Source: Aplysia californica (lineage: Eukaryota). Taken from it: a stretch of 64,000 bases of DNA. Every line of letters begins with the position of its first letter. The first letter of the stretch is position 1. This document shows positions 59,901 through 64,000 of the stretch, piece after piece. The notes beneath the pieces were generated by a model. The model was not told where the DNA came from. It saw only the letters and a list, made by a program, of their open reading frames with translations, and did not search any database. The translations under genes were made by a program, and so were the position numbers. The stretch spans positions 40,879 to 104,878 of the forward strand of contig NW_004797537.1 of the NCBI RefSeq assembly GCF_000002075.1, in the 5' to 3' direction.

Positions 59901-61761
59901 TAAGATTATTACATAGAAAAATCCAGTTTAAGAAGGTTCTTCTTTCTCTTACAAATAAACGCGATCTTGATTTGTTTTTGTTTGTTTGAGTAAAGAGAGG
60001 CACATCAACACAAACGGTTAGTTACTGCTCGGGAAAGAGTAAGACAGACAGAAACAACAGAGAAAAAGGAAAGAAGTAGGACCTACGATTGGCACCCTCC
60101 AACCACCCACAAACATGATCTCTCATTAATAAAACAAAGTCACATTTTTGTTTTAATGCATGGTCTAAAAACAAACTGTCTTTAAGCCATACTCATACTG
60201 TACTGGCTGTTACAGAACTTATATGCACACTTCACTATGACAAGAGAAAAAGGGAACATTCCACTTCATGACTGTAGGCCTACCCTCTGATTTTGACACA
60301 AGAGTCTGATTCTAGGGTCATGGAACTGGTTTTAGAAATGCCTGGGGCGATGTGACCACTGATAAAAGACAAATCAAATACAAATGCAAACACAGGTGTG
60401 AATGCCCCTTACAGAATGTATACCAGAACATATTAGAAACTTTTGAAATTAGCAAAATCATTCCTTCTACAACCATTTTAAAAATCAAATAAACACATAA
60501 AAGCTTGTGACTGAATTAGAGCAATAAGACCAGAAGTATGAATAAGATGAAGAATAAAGAAAGGCAGTATTGAACATGACTGTGAGACAGACACGTCCAT
60601 CTGCAGGAGAAGTGTGAAAGTGCTGACTACTGTGTGTGGCTCAATGTGTACAAGCTCTATGTTCTCATTATAAAAGAAACATGCTTAATTTTGTTGACAT
60701 ACAACCTCATCCGAAATACAGTCTTAAAAAGTTTAGCTCTGGGCAGCCAAATGCCGACTGCTATTACCATCCTCCTAAGCAGATCTGATAAGCTATTTAT
60801 AGCACAGGAAAACTCTGCCCCACTTGTGCAACGGCCTAATCTTTTCGTAAACAAGGTACTTTGGCAATCTTTCACAAACAACCACACTTATTACACTCAC
60901 CTGCAACTGCAAAATTCTGCTTGAAGGTCGCTCAAAGCGCAAAGCACTATTGGCAAACTCAACATTGTCCTTGATAATGGACACATGTACATAGACTGCA
61001 TCCTGCCCATACTCCATTTTCAAGATTGAGACAAAGACATGAAAGACCTGGTTTGATCTGATGCGGTTTGGTGCAATGATCAGGTACTGCCTGCAATTTT
61101 CAAACAAATAAATGAAAGAGTAAGTGTACAAAATTTTAGTGAACAAAACTGGACTGTGTCCAGACTATAGAAAGAAATATACACATACATCATAATGTTC
61201 ATATACTGTATTGATAGCTAAACCGTAATCCATTACCATAAATATCACAATGATTCTAGGCAGATATTGTCATCTATCTTCAGGAAAAATTGTTACAGTA
61301 CCATCAGTAGCAACTTTCAAATGACTTTCCTCTTCAACATGTTTAACAACTCTTTTCAATATTTAATATATATGAAGTTTACTACTAACATCTGGCACCC
61401 ATAAAACCCCCCAAAATTAACCTGTAACCCAGCAATGAGAGACTTTATAAAGTTAAGTATCATTTATTTTTAAAAAAATTCATCTACAATTTCAAAATGA
61501 TATAAAGTACACAGCATGTGTAATCCATACGTCTGCACTCTCTTGAAATAATAACTACAATTGCGAAAAAAAAAAAAAAAAGAAAAACAATTTTGGACAT
61601 TATTTCGTGCACATTATCTAAGACTCCCATTTGACTTACGGGGCTCTTGCATAGGAACATCCTGAAGATGAATCCATCAAACAGTTCTCTTCCTGCCCTG
61701 TGTTCTGAGAGGCTGCCAGGGTGAGCAGCAATGCTGCACCCAGTAAAGACAGAAGCCACAT
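25905..61761 (-). CDS. Mcr: Macroglobulin complement-related protein (MCR/TEP6-type, CD109-like thioester-protein family), about 1644 aa, 36 coding exons, thioester-dead, LDLa module, C-terminal anchor
   Basis: 36 hand-spliced exons total 4935 nt in one open frame. Signal peptide MWLLSLLGAALLLTLAAS; A2M-family motifs (YRQGQ.VHFRV, LSDQPNYGVWHI, RGEQIGVRVTVFNY, WLTAFVVK, GGFTSTQDTILAMEAL, SGLAVLEVDIPTGY, VRVYDYYEP); LDLa module; C-terminal NICFVCGSYQCPYC plus hydrophobic stretch. LDLa, degenerate thioester and the CxxCGSxQCPYC tail match the Drosophila Mcr architecture as I recall it. Confidence 0.93.
26074..26261. repeat. 94-bp tandem duplication across the MCR terminal acceptor
   Basis: 26074-26167 vs 26168-26261, 3 mismatches. 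Confidence 0.92.
26987..27092 (-). CDS. Mcr: MCR exon 35
   Basis: LDESKTCVYFRADRWYPVANATIQHRVRVYDYYEP. Confidence 0.94.
27212..27646. mobile_element. MITE family D
   Basis: Same TIRs; flanks TT/TT; in MCR intron 34. Confidence 0.88.
28207..28381 (-). CDS. Mcr: MCR exon 34 (A2M receptor-binding domain)
   Basis: WLFTEKSLTSGLAVLEVDIPTGY...KVVFYFDY. Confidence 0.94.
28645..28790 (-). repeat. Retroposon 3' end with (TCTTA)n tail and (CA)n; second copy about 35817-35945
   Basis: Shared GATACATCTTTATTGTCCAGATCCTGGCACATTGGTTTGGT followed by (CA)n. Confidence 0.6.
29012..29175 (-). CDS. Mcr: MCR exon 33
   Basis: LTTTFNVEYPFLL...FSGRNDSIMEMTNCV. Confidence 0.92.
29481..30007 (-). mobile_element. 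5'-truncated RNase-H-bearing (I/Ingi/Nimb-group) LINE
   Basis: FRLRTQHIPLNSYL...CPLC...HHLFNC zinc knuckle; (AAAGT)n tail; 13-bp TSD TAAAACCATTATC at 29468-29480 and 30008-30020. Confidence 0.85.
30281..31091. mobile_element. pogo/Tc1-type MITE family E (~810 bp)
   Basis: TA|CAGTGGAATCC...GGACTCCACTG|TA; colinear with 47900-48714. Confidence 0.85.
31108..31176 (-). CDS. Mcr: MCR exon 32
   Basis: LPSNKVFGFTVPVSQGTGRSVFQ. Confidence 0.88.
31873..32034 (-). CDS. Mcr: MCR exon 31
   Basis: DTILAMEALFMFTQ...VKLFKAN. Confidence 0.93.
32584..32822 (-). CDS. Mcr: MCR exon 30
   Basis: DFVYFADH...AVQSTAYALM...WLNTMRNSIGGFTSTQ. Confidence 0.94.
33300..33482 (-). mobile_element. Family C copy
   Basis: Reverse-complement match to 7751-7945. 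Confidence 0.78.
33759..33948 (+). mobile_element. Family C copy
   Basis: Direct match to 7751-7945; inverted relative to 33300-33482. Confidence 0.78.
33958..34126 (-). CDS. Mcr: MCR exon 29
   Basis: DAAACVDSARRRAVSYL...AIATYALSL...KRND. Confidence 0.92.
34167..34237. repeat. (GA)n microsatellite
   Basis: Directly visible. Confidence 0.95.
34689..34787 (-). CDS. Mcr: MCR exon 28
   Basis: ASASYIKNDKLRSHPIPLTSYILIALFETEVSE. Confidence 0.9.
35040..35214 (-). CDS. Mcr: MCR exon 27 (TED)
   Basis: LTAFVVKTLYNA...QNETGAFDPEENDVTYDRKM. Confidence 0.93.
35316..35688. mobile_element. Diverged MITE family D copy carrying an MCR exon-14 fragment
   Basis: Starts TGTGGCATCATTGTGAAATCAGGCACTCGTCAAA; MITE homology resumes after 35527; interior 35372-35527 matches 46963-47119. 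Confidence 0.72.
36102..36183 (-). CDS. Mcr: MCR exon 26 (TED)
   Basis: AFQRILGYMNHTEGSFKMFRDDSRPSL(W). Confidence 0.92.
36563..36751 (-). CDS. Mcr: MCR exon 25 (degenerate thioester site)
   Basis: GDVVTPGFFQDYLNAENVLYRPYGGGEMITFNFAYNLLTLKFMK. Confidence 0.93.
37700..37975 (-). mobile_element. SINE family A, 5'-truncated
   Basis: Matches the 3' half of 4463-5004. Confidence 0.75.
38370..38541 (-). CDS. Mcr: MCR exon 24
   Basis: PDGVVNYYHTPYLVDL...LYVPQSPVATTSLF. Confidence 0.92.
38497..38774. repeat. ~141-bp diverged tandem duplication across the MCR exon-24 acceptor
   Basis: 38497-38637 vs 38638-~38774. Confidence 0.85.
38939..39290 (-). mobile_element. tRNA-derived SINE family B (CORE-like middle, L2-type tail)
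   Basis: Head TGGTCTAGTGG...GGTTCGAATCC; middle GTGTCCTTGGGAAAGGCACTT...CACCCAGGTGGAAATGGGTACC; tail GTAAAGCGC...GCGCTATACAAATG(TTA)n. Confidence 0.8.
39397..39534 (-). CDS. Mcr: MCR exon 23
   Basis: LEPGESKDIYMPIKP...DEYVGKMSVK. Confidence 0.9.
40380..40496 (-). CDS. Mcr: MCR exon 22
   Basis: VLITMHQGPDSEFVIVGDMGYVTSYTPTTHKKDQQTIVF; acceptor triplicated upstream. Confidence 0.9.
40435..40723. repeat. 97-bp tandem triplication across the MCR exon-22 acceptor
   Basis: Units start at 40435, 40532, 40629; near-identical. Confidence 0.92.
41262..41381 (-). CDS. Mcr: MCR exon 21
   Basis: YDAARYMYIQVEHPKHIIRGEQIGVRVTVFNYWYDDDYLE. Confidence 0.93.
41821..41938 (-). CDS. Mcr: MCR exon 20
   Basis: PDGRVDFRVDVPKYPLSWVINGLSISRTLGLGIMQNPVR. 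Confidence 0.92.
42885..42993 (-). CDS. Mcr: MCR exon 19
   Basis: VYEEDRTVHKSPLDRVSRVMRFYDNSSWAWQEIFV. Confidence 0.9.
43426..43557 (-). CDS. Mcr: MCR exon 18 (LDL-receptor class A module)
   Basis: DEICRLQNTYPCFTGIGEDCYTDEHRCNKKVDGCPTDGADEWG(C); six Cys plus acidic DGADE; phase 1-1. Confidence 0.9.
43585..44197 (+). mobile_element. L2-clade LINE 3' fragment
   Basis: SLVLSRLDYFNSLL...LQTVQNNAAR...TPLLRTLHWL...APSYL...RSLRS...GERAF...WNALP; (ATT)n tail. Confidence 0.88.
44208..44423. mobile_element. piggyBac-type MITE
   Basis: TTAA|CCCCTTTGTGAC...GTCAAGAAGGGG|TTAA; TTAA TSD, 10/12 TIR match. Confidence 0.7.
44978..45026 (-). CDS. Mcr: MCR exon 17
   Basis: SAGLLILTDARVPRLF. Confidence 0.88.
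45780..45917 (-). CDS. Mcr: MCR exon 16
   Basis: LIDELMTYDNSANSSYRHLW...DYGIDANTSFI. Confidence 0.9.
46281..46430 (-). CDS. Mcr: MCR exon 15
   Basis: VRLGINRGKDFSRDTIEFNAEADPGSYVAFSG...ITENK. Confidence 0.92.
46839..47027 (-). CDS. Mcr: MCR exon 14 (followed by GC-AG intron)
   Basis: IVSQSNIITG...DMVPTARIVVFF...FFVNGTGQNQ; donor CAG|GCAAGT. Confidence 0.88.
47732..47794 (-). CDS. Mcr: MCR exon 13
   Basis: VNEYMIFHVKTSYFVPRVYYQ. Confidence 0.9.
47900..48714. mobile_element. pogo/Tc1-type MITE family E
   Basis: TA|CAGTGAAATCC...GGATTCCACTG|TA; same orientation as 30281-31091. Confidence 0.85.
48881..48932. repeat. (GAA)n microsatellite
   Basis: Directly visible. Confidence 0.95.
48969..49133 (-). 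CDS. Mcr: MCR exon 12
   Basis: ARYSDQRQ...RYYSPTNSYISIMTSTDHPK. Confidence 0.9.
50114..50290 (-). CDS. Mcr: MCR exon 11 (MG4)
   Basis: VAVTKYDGTPVRGGG...RSMVIT. Confidence 0.9.
50386..50903 (-). mobile_element. tRNA-derived SINE family A, full length
   Basis: Colinear, highly similar copy of 4463-5004. Confidence 0.85.
51240..51520 (-). mobile_element. RTE-clade LINE 3' fragment
   Basis: WKRIGHTLRRP...ALTWNRQGK..TWRR...AQDR..W; related fragments at about 37030-37215 (+) and 33120-33260 (-). Confidence 0.8.
52069..52311 (-). CDS. Mcr: MCR exon 10
   Basis: FEGRIDFTWSLDQL...IRTFKPQSIMKVQ. Confidence 0.92.
53206..53431 (-). CDS. Mcr: MCR exon 9
   Basis: QTSGRPCLGNASISAFFRPREEIWNATRGWEKPW...YEYRFIEY; TAG/GTGAG. 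Confidence 0.9.
53900..54843 (+). mobile_element. Same LINE family, 3' fragment including RNase H
   Basis: IYTDGS...EAE...WMPGHSNIPGNDRADSLAK RNase H motifs, in-frame stops, (AAAGT)n tail. Confidence 0.85.
54974..55313 (+). mobile_element. Solo LTR (340 bp)
   Basis: TGTTATTG...CAATCACA termini (7/8 inverted match); 5-bp TSD GTAAC at 54969-54973 and 55314-55318; TATAAAA at 55084; GC-rich relative to flanks. Confidence 0.8.
55412..55499 (-). CDS. Mcr: MCR exon 8 (MG3)
   Basis: WEPRFDVNVSVPAYVMETPTVKIHGVVLA. Confidence 0.9.
56140..56179 (-). CDS. Mcr: MCR exon 7 (40 nt)
   Basis: GHIYRRPFTVEEF; CAG/GTAAG. Confidence 0.88.
56706..56779 (-). CDS. Mcr: MCR exon 6
   Basis: GIVNLNFLLSDQPNYGVWHIRVDAF. 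Confidence 0.92.
57412..57466 (-). CDS. Mcr: MCR exon 5
   Basis: DPTGIPVRRWQGVQTNAG. Confidence 0.9.
58038..58108 (-). CDS. Mcr: MCR exon 4 (MG2)
   Basis: VHFRVVPILPNMMPKYGSMIIYVD. Confidence 0.9.
58922..59090 (-). CDS. Mcr: MCR exon 3
   Basis: MPASSQHGKYQLRVEG...LFLQMSRPLYRQGQM; CAG/GTGAG. Confidence 0.92.
60901..61090 (-). CDS. Mcr: MCR exon 2 (MG1)
   Basis: QYLIIAPNRIRSNQVFHVFVSIL...SSRILQLQ; CAG/GTGAG. Confidence 0.92.
61640..61761 (-). CDS. Mcr: MCR coding exon 1 (signal peptide)
   Basis: ATG at 61761: MWLLSLLGAALLLTLAASQNTGQEENCLMDSSSGCSYARAP; acceptor-like CAG 9 nt upstream (61771-61773) implies an upstream non-coding exon; donor GTAAG. Confidence 0.85.
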
Positions 61762-62339
61762 CTTCAGAAGCTGTGAAAAATACACGAGTTAGAACAATAA
61801 CTTAATGTGGTGCTCAGACTAAAGGGAAAATATTGAGCCAATTTGGAGGGAGAAGGGGTTTTTCCTATTCATAAGAGATTGCATTAGCAGTAATGCTTCA
61901 TGCACCCTGCGATCTGACCGGACTCTGGGACTGTCAACTCCAGGACCGGGTGAGTTTCACTGGACGTTCCCATCGTCCACTCGGGGTTATAGAGTTAAAT
62001 TTACTTTAACAAGGTGCATTATGTTAATACATTTCAGTATCTTAGACAGTTATATAACTTCTTTTAAACACAAATGGGACCATTTCTTCAAAATGTTTTG
62101 AGTCCAACACTCTCACGCTGCAAACTGAATTAACCTGAAATGATGCTTGTCTAGAGGTAGGAATTGTCACACATTCTGTCCAATAAATCTCAGTAAGAGG
62201 CAATATTGTCACCGTCGTTCATTGCTTTTATTCTTTTATATCGAAAAATTTGTGAATGTAACCCTCAAAGAAACTGAAGTTAGTGGCTTTACATAAAGGT
62301 GAGCAGTGCATATTCGTACGTGACACGACTGTGTCAAAT

Positions 62340-62952
62340 CCAGATTTGTAAACACCTTCTGACAATTGCATTTGCACCGCTCAATGGCCTATCAACTTTG
62401 CACCAGCAGTCCCTGCATTGAAAGGAATAGGACTGACATGGTGCTAGCATGTCGTTTGAGGCGACTAAATGGCGAACCAGGCTGTGACTCCCAAAACAGA
62501 GTCATCCTGCCTTCATGTCGGGGGTTGAGCCACAAGGCTAACAAATGACCTCTCTCGTAAAAAGAACCTGTTACAGAAGCAATACAAGCAAAACCATTAT
62601 CTCTGCTTGGCTGGTTGTGGATATTCTCCAAATAGTGAGTTTATGATGCGAGGCAGTGAAAGCCGAAAGGAAACTGCTGAGCAAAAGCCTCCACCATCAT
62701 CCAAGTCTTCTCGTATTGAATCATGGAATGTTAGGACCCATTGTGAGACTGGAAAAACTGCACAGAAGCACAGTGGAAAAATCTCAAGACAGTCATTGTA
62801 ACGATGAGGCAGGGATCGATAGGTTATGGGAAATATGGAGGAGACGCGAGGAAAGGGACATGAGAGAGATGAAGCTCACTTGGAATGAGCTTGGAAGGAC
62901 GGCCCAGGACAGAGATAAATGTGGCCTATACCCTGCCAAGGGCGAAAGGCAT

Positions 62953-62983
<31 letters not shown>
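62340..62983 (+). mobile_element. Internally deleted (bipartite) RTE derivative
   Basis: RTE APE N-terminus (RIESWNVRT..ETGKTAQ) joined after a short spacer to the RTE C-terminus (WRR...LTWNELGRTAQDR) and a (GAT)n tail; 5' boundary approximate. Confidence 0.65.
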
Positions 62984-63206
62984 AAACCAAATCTTTAAAA
63001 ATGTATACCTAAAAAGAACTTGAGATGCCAGCATGTTTATCAGGTATTGTTCAAATGTACGATTAGTTCGGGTTGGGTCCAGTTGGATATAATGCAAACC
63101 ATATGAGGGTAGATATGGCTGCTCTCAACTATAACAAACAGCAATTAGAAGAAATTTTCTGCAATTATTTGTGCACTGGGTATTAAAGTAAAATTGTATG
63201 TGTAAT

Positions 63207-63430
63207 GTGTCACGACACTGTGGAATCAGATTTTTTGGCATGTGGAGCTATATTGGTATCATCTTAAAGTTTGTTAATTTAAGTTTTTTAAATGGACATA
63301 AAAAGCACAAAATGTTGAGCAACAAAAGTAAATAAATCGATAAACATTGCCCGAAGAATGGCAAAATGTTGATTACTTTGATTTCCTTATTATTTTGATG
63401 AGTGCCTCATTTCACCAAGATGCCATATCA
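63207..63430. mobile_element. Degenerate, deleted MITE family D copy
   Basis: TGTGGAATCAG...GGCATGTGGAGCTATATTGGTATCATCTTAAAG...TTTGATGAGTGCCTCATTTCACC resembles family D. Confidence 0.55.
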
Positions 63431-64000
63431 TTGTAATTTTGATTCTCCTCAGGCACAAATTCAACATGTCTCCAACCCTCAGAAGGACCACGACAGCAAT
63501 AGTCTTGTGAGATATTGGCATGACAAATGAAAAGGCAATATATTTTACAGTGTTGGCCTCAGTGTATCACAAATCTAAAGAAAAAGGTAAAATAAGATGT
63601 GATCTATCCACAAAAGACCTTTCCTGGCTTCTCAATTTGCCGCCATCCCCCATCGCCAAGTGCATCGCCCTTCCCCTGAAAACTTGTTTTTGATGCTTTT
63701 AATTTCTAATTAAGCTATCATAATCAACAGAAAGATTGAGGGTGTTGATGACTCCAAGTACAAATTGAAATCAATTTCATTTTTTGCTTCCTAGAGTCTT
63801 AGAGGAGCAAAGTAAATGATCCATTCACATTGATAAACTGCTGGGTTTTGATTTGAAACAATGATTTGTGAAAGGAAAGAAAAAGCTTGATCTTTGGGGC
63901 GCTATACTTGACTTGTGCCTTCACACTCACCCTTTCCACAAACATGTACTATTATTAAGCCTATTACTATTAACTATTAGACATAATTAGATCTAGATCT

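Noticed and set aside
61484-61759. Listed 91-aa ORF as the MCR N-terminus
   Set aside because: Wrong frame; the ATG at 61761 gives a signal peptide and splices in phase to exon 2.
61774-64000. Upstream non-coding exon or promoter of MCR
   Set aside because: Implied by the acceptor at 61771-61773 but cannot be located from sequence; it may lie beyond the window.

Overview
AT-rich animal genomic DNA, probably lophotrochozoan/mollusc (inferred from repeat families and gene content), with two assembly gaps. The ORF track is mostly noise because both genes are split into short exons. I spliced two minus-strand genes by hand and every intron phase matches. (1) A BRD7/BRD9-family bromodomain gene: 13 coding exons, 13802->408, about 562 codons, continuing past the left edge. 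(2) A complete macroglobulin complement-related (MCR/TEP6-type) gene: 36 coding exons, 61761->25905, 4935 nt, about 1644 aa. It has a signal peptide, MG domains, an LDLa module, a dead thioester site (PYGGGEM instead of PxGCGEQ), an A2M receptor-binding domain, a Cys-rich tail and a C-terminal hydrophobic anchor. Introns and intergenic DNA carry pogo/Tigger and piggyBac-type MITEs, a TGT-ended MITE family with variable 2-bp TSDs, two tRNA-derived SINE families, RTE/L2/RNase-H LINE fragments and a solo LTR. The most unusual observation is that four MCR exons have extra copies of their 3' splice site plus exon start. At the terminal exon, use of the duplicated acceptor would remove the membrane anchor without triggering NMD, giving a possible membrane/secreted switch. 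One copy sits inside a MITE. MCR also has a GC-AG intron and a skippable phase 1-1 LDLa exon.
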